A DNA stretch of 64,000 nt from a virus. Below, one piece after another: positions 41,520-49,363 of the stretch (position 1 is the first letter of the stretch; each line of letters starts with the position of its first letter). The notes under the pieces are model-generated. The model saw only the letters and a program-made list of their open reading frames with translations. It did not search any database and was not told where the DNA came from. Location of the stretch: positions 6,057 to 70,056 of the IMG/VR virus record IMGVR_UViG_3300011113_000202; one strand, 5' to 3'. A program made the translations under genes and the position numbers.

Positions 41520-42380
41520 ATGAAAAAGGTAGTGGGACTATTAACAATGCTATTTATCGCTGCATTTTTACCAGCGGTATCAGCAAATGAAAAACCAGCA
41601 ATTGCAATTATTGATACAGCAATTGATACATCAAGGGTAAATGTAATTCACGAAGTATGTATTCTTTATGAAATCCGTTGCCCAAATAGAAAAGCATTTA
41701 TGGAGGGTCCAGGAGCAGCAAGCCTTCCAGCATCACAACTATACAAAAATGGATTTCAACATGGCACCATTATGTCAACCATTGCATCGGCTGTTAACAA
41801 GGATATGAATATTGTTTTTATTCGTATTGTTGCAATGACAAACACAGGTCGTCAAGGATACTATGATGATAATCTTGTCAATGAGGCTTTAAAATGGGTT
41901 GCTGCAAATAAAACTAAATTTAATATTGTTGCAGTTTCTGCATCGGTAGGAAATCACACAAGATTAAAAACTGGTGCAAACTACTGTCCAATTAATCAAG
42001 CGCTTAGAAACAGCATTGTTTCCCTTCAGGGTCTTGGCGTAGCAACAGTGTTTGCTGCAGGAAATAATTATGATACTGCTCGTGTTGATACACCAGCATG
42101 TACTCCTGAAGCAGTTGCTGTTGGATCAGTAGGAGAACGTGATAATGTAGAAAACTATAGTAATGGCGGTCCTGACTTGGATTTCTATGCATTAGGTACA
42201 TACAATACTAGTGTTGGCAGAGCAATGGGAACTTCTGCTGCTACTGCTGCATTTACTGCATACTGGGCTAAAAACTACAAGGGTAGTTATCAGGCAACAT
42301 ATGATTATCTAAAGTCAATTGGTAAGTATGCTGAAGGCAATGGGGTTAAGACAAACCTATTTGTCAATGTTTTAGGTTAG
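41520..42380 (+). CDS. Secreted subtilisin-like (S8) peptidase
   Basis: Signal peptide; triad AIIDT/HGT/GTSAA; oxyanion AAGN. Confidence 0.85.
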   Translation: MKKVVGLLTMLFIAAFLPAVSANEKPAIAIIDTAIDTSRVNVIHEVCILYEIRCPNRKAFMEGPGAASLPASQLYKNGFQHGTIMSTIASAVNKDMNIVFIRIVAMTNTGRQGYYDDNLVNEALKWVAANKTKFNIVAVSASVGNHTRLKTGANYCPINQALRNSIVSLQGLGVATVFAAGNNYDTARVDTPACTPEAVAVGSVGERDNVENYSNGGPDLDFYALGTYNTSVGRAMGTSAATAAFTAYWAKNYKGSYQATYDYLKSIGKYAEGNGVKTNLFVNVLG

Positions 42381-42448
42381 TGGTATAATAGATAGTGCAC
42401 CTGCCAAATGGGGGTGCACTACTTACTCGCTTAATAAGGAGGCAAAAA
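42381..42448 (+). promoter_or_regulatory. hsp20 promoter and structured 5' UTR (ROSE-like)
   Basis: TGGTATAAT; TAGTGCACC/GGTGCACTA hairpin; CTCGCTT pairs with the SD AAGGAG. Confidence 0.55.
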
Positions 42449-42880
42449 ATGGTAAGTTCATTTGCACTGGATCTTTTTAAAGATCCATTTTTTATTGGTT
42501 TCAACAGAGAGTTGGACCGTCTTTCAAATATCCATCGTGAGGCAACTCGTCAGTCGTTTCCACCATATGATTTGGTGAAACTTGATGAGGACAACTATAA
42601 GATATCTCTTGCAGTTGCTGGTTTTAGTAACAGCGAAGTAGAGGTTTCTGTGGATAACGGAAGTCTAATTATCAAGGGTGAGAAAACCGAAGAGGCTTCT
42701 ACTGAAGTTCTGCATAAGGGTATCGCAACCAGAAAGTTCACACGCACCTTTGCTCTTGGAGAGTATATGGAGGTTGATCGTGCTGAAATGGCAGACGGTA
42801 TTCTTAGCGTCTTTGTGGAAAGAAACATTCCCGAAGAAAAAAAGCCTAAGAAAATCCAAGTTAAATCTACTAAAAAGTAG
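42449..42880 (+). CDS. Small heat shock protein Hsp20 (IbpA-like)
   Basis: FPPYDLVK..LAVAGF..LHKGIATRKFTRTFAL..DGILSV..IPEEKKPKKI. Confidence 0.93.
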   Translation: MVSSFALDLFKDPFFIGFNRELDRLSNIHREATRQSFPPYDLVKLDEDNYKISLAVAGFSNSEVEVSVDNGSLIIKGEKTEEASTEVLHKGIATRKFTRTFALGEYMEVDRAEMADGILSVFVERNIPEEKKPKKIQVKSTKK

Positions 42881-42890
42881 ATAGAATAGT

Positions 42891-42976
42891 AGAACCCCAT
42901 ACAGGAACTTAGGGTGGATTAGTTACCTACTTTACATTCCGTGGCATTCGTGCTTCGATTCCTGTGTGGGGCTTCT
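42891..42976 (+). ncRNA. Candidate structured RNA, unknown family
   Basis: 13-bp closing stem CCCCATACAGGAA/TTCCTGTGTGGGG with two inner hairpins; TAGAAT -10 at 42882-42887. Confidence 0.45.
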
Positions 42977-43001
42977 ATATTTTGATATAATATTAATTGC
43001 T

Positions 43002-43277
43002 ATGACTGAAAAAGAATTAGCAACAAAAACAAAGCAGCAGTATAAAAAAAGACTCGCTGAAATAAAGCAGGCGAGTGGGTGTGTAGACTGCGGAGAAAAT
43101 AATCATATAGTTCTTGATTTTGATCATTTAAGAGATAAAAAATATAACATTTCAAGAATGATTCATGATGGTTTTTCTTGGAAAGCAATATTAAAAGAAA
43201 TTCAAAAGTGTGAAGTTGTTTGTGCAAATTGTCATCGAATTAGAACATATGATAGGTTGACAACAGAAACAGCCTGA
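43002..43277 (+). CDS. HNH endonuclease
   Basis: CVDC..LDFDHL..VCANCHRIRT. Confidence 0.85.
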   Translation: MTEKELATKTKQQYKKRLAEIKQASGCVDCGENNHIVLDFDHLRDKKYNISRMIHDGFSWKAILKEIQKCEVVCANCHRIRTYDRLTTETA

Positions 43278-43291
43278 TGCTATAATTGACT

Positions 43292-43368
43292 TATCCTTAT
43301 GGGCAGTCTTTTTTCCTTTCTCTTCTGCCCAAGGGTACGGACACCTGAGTATGTGTATAAACTGCTCA
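43292..43368 (+). ncRNA. Structured leader/sRNA: anti-SD-loop hairpin plus H-type pseudoknot
   Basis: TGCTATAAT 43278-43286; TGGGCAG/CTGCCCA stem; ACAC-CTGAGTAT-GTGT-ATAAAC-TGCTCA. Confidence 0.55.
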
Positions 43369-43387
43369 TTAATAAAAAGGAGTATTA

Positions 43388-43564
43388 ATGCCTAAGTATG
43401 ATTACAAGTGTGACACTTGTGGTTCTATAGTTGAATTTGAGCGTGGTATGGGAGAAGATAGAGGGCCATCTTGTTGCTCTAATATCATGACACGTATATG
43501 GAATTCTGCACCTGGCATTATGTTTAATGGTTCTGGTTTTTATTCAACTGACAATAGAAAGTAG
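43388..43564 (+). CDS. FmdB-family zinc-ribbon protein (58 aa, not in ORF track)
   Basis: MPKYDYKCDTCG..SCC..FNGSGFYSTD; AAGGAG RBS. Confidence 0.85.
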   Translation: MPKYDYKCDTCGSIVEFERGMGEDRGPSCCSNIMTRIWNSAPGIMFNGSGFYSTDNRK

Positions 43565-43579
43565 AGATATAATTATATT

Positions 43580-43840
43580 ATGAGTTTAATTGTAAAAGAG
43601 CATCCTAGTGTAAAGCAAAAAGAATGGCTATTAAAAGCAATAGACAGGTGTGATAGTTGTGGTGCTCAAGCCTATGTAATGGTAAAAGGCTCTACTGGAG
43701 ATCTGATGTTTTGTGGTCATCACTATGAAAAAATTATGAATAACCCAGATGCCTATACAAAAATGATGGCATTTATGCTTGAAGTTGTTGATGAGCGTGA
43801 GCGTTTGATAGACAATAAATTGATAGGGAGTCATAACTAA
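43580..43840 (+). CDS. Zinc-finger hypothetical protein
   Basis: DRCDSCGAQAYV..LMFCGHH; leaderless-type start. Confidence 0.7.
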   Translation: MSLIVKEHPSVKQKEWLLKAIDRCDSCGAQAYVMVKGSTGDLMFCGHHYEKIMNNPDAYTKMMAFMLEVVDERERLIDNKLIGSHN

Positions 43841-44247
43841 TGTACCAATATTATGTAAGAGAAGTAAAATCAGTTGTTGATGGAGATACCATTGATGTTA
43901 TTATTGATTTAGGTTTTAATATTCTTTTTGAACAACGTGTCCGTATGGCTGGAATAGATACTCCAGAATCTCGTACTAAAGATAAGTTTGAAAAAAGTCT
44001 AGGTATTGAATCAAAAGAATATTTAAAGAAACATCTAAAGGATGCTAAATCTGTTGTAATTAAGACTGAGAAAATGGATTCGTCTGAGAAGTATGGTCGT
44101 ATTTTAGGTTGGGTATATATCAATGGAGATACAGAATCTCTTAATGATAAGATGATTAATGATGGTTATGCTTGGGGCTATCTTGGAGATACCAAAGTTA
44201 AAGATTTTTCAGCATTAGCAGCACAAAGAAAAAAATCTGGTAAATGA
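43840..44247 (+). CDS. Thermonuclease (SNase-like)
   Basis: VVDGDTID, RVRMAGIDTPE, KYGRILG. Confidence 0.9.
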   Translation: MYQYYVREVKSVVDGDTIDVIIDLGFNILFEQRVRMAGIDTPESRTKDKFEKSLGIESKEYLKKHLKDAKSVVIKTEKMDSSEKYGRILGWVYINGDTESLNDKMINDGYAWGYLGDTKVKDFSALAAQRKKSGK

Positions 44248-44498
44248 AAACCGTATATTATTTTACTGCAGATTGGTGTTCGCCATGCAAGCGAACAAGA
44301 CCAATAGTAGAGGAACTTAGTCGTGAGCAAACAACTGCCATGTTTCAAATAATAGACGTTGATGATAATTCTACTTTAGCAAATACATTTGCGATTCAAT
44401 CTATTCCAACATTTATTTTATTTGAAAACGGTATAGAAAAGAATAGAATTATAGGTGGACAAACCAAGGAAAGTTTGATAGGCTTTATAAATGGATAA
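44244..44498 (+). CDS. Thioredoxin
   Basis: FTADWCSPCK, IDVD, IPTF. Confidence 0.9.
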   Translation: MKTVYYFTADWCSPCKRTRPIVEELSREQTTAMFQIIDVDDNSTLANTFAIQSIPTFILFENGIEKNRIIGGQTKESLIGFING

Positions 44499-44823
44499 AA
44501 ACAGTAAAGAAATAGAAAGGCTCATTCTGGCTGGAGCAATACAGGTTGCTGGTGTAGATGAAACTGGAGAACTGCTATATCAGTTTACCCCAAAAATGCA
44601 AGAGGTAAATGAGCAACTGTATAAAGATCATCTTAATTTTGTTAATTCTGAGATTATGAAACTATGGGAAACTGGCTATGTCAATGTTGATCTATTGTCA
44701 GATGAGCCGATAGTGACCTTAACCAAGAAGGCTTTTATTCCAGATGCCCTTGCCAAATTAACAAAACAACAGCGCTGGTCTTTAGAGGAAATAAAAAGGC
44801 TGCTTAAAAAGCGAGAAGTCTGA
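44491..44823 (+). CDS. Hypothetical protein
   Basis: Coupled ORF. Confidence 0.6.
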   Translation: MDKNSKEIERLILAGAIQVAGVDETGELLYQFTPKMQEVNEQLYKDHLNFVNSEIMKLWETGYVNVDLLSDEPIVTLTKKAFIPDALAKLTKQQRWSLEEIKRLLKKREV

Positions 44824-44835
44824 TATAATCTTAGT

Positions 44836-46077
44836 ATGCCATATCGTGTAGGTTCAAGAGGTTCGTATGGGTGCTCTGGCTACCCTGCTGTAAAAGAGGA
44901 CGGTACCGTAATGGGCTGTCACGAAACACGAGCACAGGCTGCTGCACAGATTTATGCAATTAATCAAAGCGAAGGCAATATTGGTAAGAACATGCACGAA
45001 ATCAAAGAAGGAGATTTTGTCATGGGTGCAACCAGTGAAGGTCTTGTTCATGGTGTAGTTGAGCATATAATGACTGAAGGTGGAACTCTTGGAACACCTG
45101 GAACAAGATATGCTCTTGAGTCAATGCCACCAGAAAATCCTGCAATGTCTGTCAGGGTTTATAAAGAAGAAGATGGCGAATGGGAACCAACTGCTTATAG
45201 CATCGGAATGATGTATGCAGATGCACAAAAAATAGATATTGAAACACATAGCATGGACGCAGAAGAAACTATGAAATCTTATCATTCTGATAATGAAGAA
45301 GAAGACAAATGGGATAATATTACTAAGGCATGTTGGGTAGGATATGAACAGCAAGGAATGAAAGAAAAAGATGGCAGAATGGTTCCAAATTGTGTTCCAG
45401 TTGGAAAGTCAAATAATATAGATAAAGCAAAAGGTATCTCCGTTGGAGATCACGTTTTGTTTGCTGTTCCAAAACCACCAGATAAGACTGAATCTGCTCA
45501 TGGACTTGTAGAAAGAGTTGAAAGATCTGGCACTGTAAAAATTCCTGGAACAAATGAAAGCGTTGAAGCATCTGCAGATAATCCTGTTGCTATTGTTAGA
45601 GTATATGCAATGGATGAAAATGGCAAGATGACTAGAACAGATAGACGTGTTGCAAAACCTTTTAGTTCTTTAAGAATTTCTTCTAAACCTATTGATAAAT
45701 CAATGCATGATGAAGATGATGACGAAGATGATGATGTAAAAAAAGCATCTGCAAAAGTAGAATCAAGACTAAGAGAATTAGTTGAAGATTATAATAAAGG
45801 TAAAGAAGGAAACAAAAAAATAACTGTTGGTACTTTAAGACAAGTATATAATCGTGGCATCGGTGCATATAGAACTAACCCATCTTCTGTACGTGGTAGC
45901 GTAGCAAGTGCAGAACAATGGGCTATGGGAAGAGTTAATGCTTTTATGGCAGGACTTCGTGGTAGATTTCCAAGAAAACCATTTGATTTAGATTTATTTC
46001 CAAGTGGTCATCCAAGATCAACTAAAAAGTTTGACTGGTCTGGATCATTATTTGATATTAAAACTTTTAGGAGATAA
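44836..46077 (+). CDS. Multi-module protein (candidate internal head polyprotein)
   Basis: Short modules separated by xxK-[S/A/N] motifs; CWVGYEQQGMKEKDGRMVPNCVP; VYNRGIGAY..EQWAMGRVNAF. Confidence 0.6.
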   Translation: MPYRVGSRGSYGCSGYPAVKEDGTVMGCHETRAQAAAQIYAINQSEGNIGKNMHEIKEGDFVMGATSEGLVHGVVEHIMTEGGTLGTPGTRYALESMPPENPAMSVRVYKEEDGEWEPTAYSIGMMYADAQKIDIETHSMDAEETMKSYHSDNEEEDKWDNITKACWVGYEQQGMKEKDGRMVPNCVPVGKSNNIDKAKGISVGDHVLFAVPKPPDKTESAHGLVERVERSGTVKIPGTNESVEASADNPVAIVRVYAMDENGKMTRTDRRVAKPFSSLRISSKPIDKSMHDEDDDEDDDVKKASAKVESRLRELVEDYNKGKEGNKKITVGTLRQVYNRGIGAYRTNPSSVRGSVASAEQWAMGRVNAFMAGLRGRFPRKPFDLDLFPSGHPRSTKKFDWSGSLFDIKTFRR

Positions 46078-46078
46078 A

Positions 46079-46219
46079 ATGTCATCTGGTTCATATAAAA
46101 AACATCATGGTTTTAATCCAGTTCAAATAAAAAATGGGATGATTGTTCGTCTTCGTAAAGACGGAACAATTAAAGCAGTTCTAGGAAAATACGGAGAGTA
46201 CAAAAAGAATGAAAAATAA
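46079..46219 (+). CDS. Small basic protein (46 aa)
   Basis: AGGAG RBS; MSSGSYKKHHGFNPVQIKNGMIVRLRKDG. Confidence 0.6.
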   Translation: MSSGSYKKHHGFNPVQIKNGMIVRLRKDGTIKAVLGKYGEYKKNEK

Positions 46220-46610
46220 TATTAAGGTTGTACAGCCAGCCGATATACATAAAGAAGAAACATATACACCAACAGCAGGAATGAAATCTGCTGCTCGTCG
46301 TGCTCTTCGTTGGAAAGAAGAGGGCAAGGCAAGGGGCGCAGGAACTCCAGTTGGTTGGGGTCGTGCTACTGATATTGTAGCGGGTAGATCAATGTCATTG
46401 TCTACAGTAAAAAGAATGTACTCTTTCTTTTCTCGTCATGAAGTTGACAAAAAAGGAAAAGACTTCTATAATACTAGTAACCCTTCTAATGGTCGTATCA
46501 TGTGGGATGCATGGGGCGGAGATGCGGGGTTTTCTTGGTCACGCAAAATTGTAGAACGTGAAAAGAATAAAGCAAACAAAGCGTGGGAAGGCAGCGCATT
46601 TAGTCGCTAG
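46209..46610 (+). CDS. Phage protein, probably head-associated
   Basis: GTPVGWGRA..TVKRMYSFFSRH..IMWDAWGGDAG; head role is inference. Confidence 0.6.
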   Translation: MKNNIKVVQPADIHKEETYTPTAGMKSAARRALRWKEEGKARGAGTPVGWGRATDIVAGRSMSLSTVKRMYSFFSRHEVDKKGKDFYNTSNPSNGRIMWDAWGGDAGFSWSRKIVEREKNKANKAWEGSAFSR

Positions 46611-46621
46611 GGGGTAGCGAA

Positions 46622-46792
46622 ATGGATGATTTAGGAATTGAAGAACTAAAACAATTAGTTTCTTTTTATAAACAAAGATCTTCTGAGTTAGAGTTTTCTA
46701 ATTTGCAGTGGCAGTTGAGGTATGCTAAATTACAAGCATCTTTATCTCAACCGATTCCAGCAACTAAGGTAACAAAAACCAAATCTGAGTAA
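46622..46792 (+). CDS. Small coiled-coil protein (56 aa, not in ORF track)
   Basis: MDDLGIEELKQLVSFYKQRSSELEFSNLQWQLR; G-rich RBS. Confidence 0.6.
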   Translation: MDDLGIEELKQLVSFYKQRSSELEFSNLQWQLRYAKLQASLSQPIPATKVTKTKSE

Positions 46793-46803
46793 CGGATAAT
46801 AAA

Positions 46804-47220
46804 ATGGAATACGCACTTGCTAGTGTTCTGGCTTTAGCGTTGTCTTTTATTTTAATAAGTTGGATTGGATCTAAAAGAAAAATATCATCAAAGAAAATTA
46901 TGTATCGTCAAAGCGATACTCATAATTTTTTAAAAGAATTTTTTTCTAGAAATATAGAGTCAAACAATAAAAAATCTCAGATTCAAAAAAGAAAAGAAGA
47001 AAATAGTACAAAAATAATAGTAACAGAAGATGATAGAGCATACTGGGTAATTAATAACATTTTTTACACGGCAAATGTAATAGACGGCAGACCAGACTTT
47101 GATAATGCAATACCAGTAGACACTTCAAATATGTCTAAGAAAGAACTTGACAAAATGCTTTTTATACTGGATAATTTAGGTAGAGGTGATAAGAATGAAC
47201 GTGGTAGTTCAGGGAACTAG
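46804..47220 (+). CDS. Membrane-anchored hypothetical protein
   Basis: N-terminal TM helix. Confidence 0.6.
   Translation: MEYALASVLALALSFILISWIGSKRKISSKKIMYRQSDTHNFLKEFFSRNIESNNKKSQIQKRKEENSTKIIVTEDDRAYWVINNIFYTANVIDGRPDFDNAIPVDTSNMSKKELDKMLFILDNLGRGDKNERGSSGN
47147..47175 (+). promoter_or_regulatory. Internal sigma70-type promoter
   Basis: TTGACA-17 nt-GATAAT. Confidence 0.5.
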
Positions 47221-47545
47221 CGACTTTAACGAATACAATGTATTCCTTCGTGCTATGGGTGTAGCCATGTCTGGTATGCCAGATGGCGATGTAGAGTTTA
47301 ATGTTTATTCTGTAGGGCCTGCAAGAATTAATTCTATGGTTTCTGAGTTTTGCAATCTTTCAGAAAGAGGAATGAAGGCAAGAGGTAAAAAGATTAAGTA
47401 TTATAAAGTTCCATTTTCTTGGGTAGAAGAAAATATGGAATACATTAATTACTTTGCTTTTATGAGCAAACCAAAACAACCAGTATCTAAACTAATAGCA
47501 AATGCGGAACTACAAGGTAAAGAGATAGGAATATTCAGGTATTAA
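47195..47545 (+). CDS. Hypothetical protein (SLOG/YspA-like start)
   Basis: MNVVVQGTSDFNEY; GAGGTG RBS. Confidence 0.55.
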   Translation: MNVVVQGTSDFNEYNVFLRAMGVAMSGMPDGDVEFNVYSVGPARINSMVSEFCNLSERGMKARGKKIKYYKVPFSWVEENMEYINYFAFMSKPKQPVSKLIANAELQGKEIGIFRY

Positions 47546-47546
47546 T

Positions 47547-48509
47547 ATGACACAACAAGATCCAAGATTTTTTTGCTACAAAGAAGAATTCTTTGGTGGC
47601 ACAGAATATATGGCAAGATATTTTCATAAAAATGTTGCACCATATGTTCCACAACTAAAAGAATATAACTGTTTAATTTTACCAGGACAGACAGACAAAT
47701 CATATGCAGAACTGATATATGAACCAAAAGAAATTATTATATGGCTACATAATCTGGTAGACCAGTTTGGTTTTCAACTGTATCATATGTTTACAGATAA
47801 AAGATTTATAGATAAAGTTAAATACATCATTACTGTATCTGAATATCATAAACAGGACGTAATCAATAAAACTGGTATTGACCCAAATAAGGTTGTTGTA
47901 ATTTATAATGCAATTGATCCTATTGATAATAATCTTTCTAGATTTAAAAATGTAGATGTGCCACAATTAATATATACATCATCTCCAGGTCGTGGACTTG
48001 AAATAGGATTAACAGCATTATCTAAATTAGATATTGACTTTAGATTGAGCATATTTAATGAAATTATTCCAGATTTAGTTAAAATAGATGATAAAAATAA
48101 AAAGATCTTACAAGACCCAAGATTCTTTTTCTATGGTAAAACCCCGCACAAAACGGTTCTAGATCATATGTCACGTTCGCATATCTTTATGCATACTAGC
48201 AACTGGCATGAAACCTTCTGCCTATCTCTTGTAGAGGGCTTAAGTGCTAATTGTTTGGCTGTATACAGTACCTTCGGATCTTTGGGAGAGGTTGGTTGTG
48301 GTTTTGGTTTGCCATATGATATAGAAAATAAAACACAAAAAGATATTGAAAAGCATGTAGAGGTATTCTCTAATAAGATTACTAAGGCAATCAGCATGAT
48401 TAAAAATGGAGAATTTAATCCAGGCAATCAGGCAGAAACTATAAACAAAAAGTATTCTTGGGAAGCATTTACTAACGCTTGGATTGATTTTTATGAAAAG
48501 AGAATATAG
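47547..48509 (+). CDS. Glycosyltransferase (GT-B, family 4-like)
   Basis: GGTE, VSEYHK, IYNAID, YTSSPGRGL, ETFCLSLVEG. Confidence 0.85.
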   Translation: MTQQDPRFFCYKEEFFGGTEYMARYFHKNVAPYVPQLKEYNCLILPGQTDKSYAELIYEPKEIIIWLHNLVDQFGFQLYHMFTDKRFIDKVKYIITVSEYHKQDVINKTGIDPNKVVVIYNAIDPIDNNLSRFKNVDVPQLIYTSSPGRGLEIGLTALSKLDIDFRLSIFNEIIPDLVKIDDKNKKILQDPRFFFYGKTPHKTVLDHMSRSHIFMHTSNWHETFCLSLVEGLSANCLAVYSTFGSLGEVGCGFGLPYDIENKTQKDIEKHVEVFSNKITKAISMIKNGEFNPGNQAETINKKYSWEAFTNAWIDFYEKRI

Positions 48510-48718
48510 TGATAATTAAAAACTTAGAACAAATGGAAAAAATAGTTTCCAAAAACAAAGGCCTATGTTGGGTTGGTTGGGATGTTGCAGATCGTCGCCG
48601 TACAGAGGCTGGCAGAACTGCTATTAACGGTGTTAGAGTAGATAGTCAATGGTACGTCCAGACACTTTATCCACTCACTAGCAACGGATGGGATTTACCG
48701 AATAAGTATAGGATGTAA
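48509..48718 (+). CDS. Hypothetical protein
   Basis: Coupled ORF upstream of whiB. Confidence 0.6.
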   Translation: MIIKNLEQMEKIVSKNKGLCWVGWDVADRRRTEAGRTAINGVRVDSQWYVQTLYPLTSNGWDLPNKYRM

Positions 48719-48720
48719 GC

Positions 48721-49002
48721 ATGAAGCAGCACCTTTGGAAGGATGATGCTTTGTGTCTAGGATCAGATACAAACATGTTCTTTGATACATACGAAGAAAA
48801 ACCAGATACAAGAGAGTTTGTTGATTCTCTTTGTCGTACCTGCCCAATGGCAAGAAAGTGCTTTGCTGTTGGAGTTTCTGGAAAAGAATGGGGCATCTGG
48901 GGCGGGGTATATTTAGAAGAAGGCAAAATATCAAAAGAGTTTAATAGTCATAAGACTAAAAACGATTGGTCTTATACTTGGCAAGCATTAACGATGGGAT
49001 AA
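48721..49002 (+). CDS. whiB: WhiB-family Fe-S transcription factor
   Basis: W..DALC..FF..CRTCP..C..GIWGG. Confidence 0.9.
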   Translation: MKQHLWKDDALCLGSDTNMFFDTYEEKPDTREFVDSLCRTCPMARKCFAVGVSGKEWGIWGGVYLEEGKISKEFNSHKTKNDWSYTWQALTMG

Positions 49003-49004
49003 TT

Positions 49005-49235
49005 ATGTATACAGATAATATGCGTAGGGCTTTTCATTCTATACCTGCGCCTAAAAACTTTGTTATTTCTCTTATTGACAATGAGCACTTTCTTACGATA
49101 AAATTAGATGAGAGGTCTTTCTTGCCATTAACACATGACGAGAAAATGGAAGCGGTGAAATACGTCACCCTTGTAAAGAATGCTTTAGAGATGGAGGGCG
49201 CTGTTGTGTTGGTAACACGAGAGCCACTAAAATGA
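49005..49235 (+). CDS. Hypothetical protein
   Basis: MYTDNMRRAFHSI..; follows whiB. Confidence 0.6.
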   Translation: MYTDNMRRAFHSIPAPKNFVISLIDNEHFLTIKLDERSFLPLTHDEKMEAVKYVTLVKNALEMEGAVVLVTREPLK

Positions 49236-49363
49236 TAAAACTATTATTTAAATCTTTAGTTTGTATTGCAAAAGATCATCAATTTATTGATGTTGGTAAG
49301 TGTCCATTTACTGGAAATCAATATAAAATGTGTACTAGGTGTCAAGAAATGGCTATTGCATAA
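49232..49363 (+). CDS. Small Cys-rich protein (43 aa, not in ORF track)
   Basis: ATGA and TAATG overlaps on both sides; C..H..CPFTG..CTRC. Confidence 0.6.
   Translation: MIKLLFKSLVCIAKDHQFIDVGKCPFTGNQYKMCTRCQEMAIA

Noticed and set aside
42394-42420. CIRCE (HrcA) operator upstream of hsp20
   Set aside because: GCAC-N13-GTGC spacing fits, but the arms match only 4/9 and 5/9 of TTAGCACTC/GAGTGCTAA; an RNA hairpin explains it better
42891-42976. tRNA gene
   Set aside because: A T-loop-like TTCGATTCC is present, but there is no adjacent T-stem 5' strand, D arm or anticodon arm
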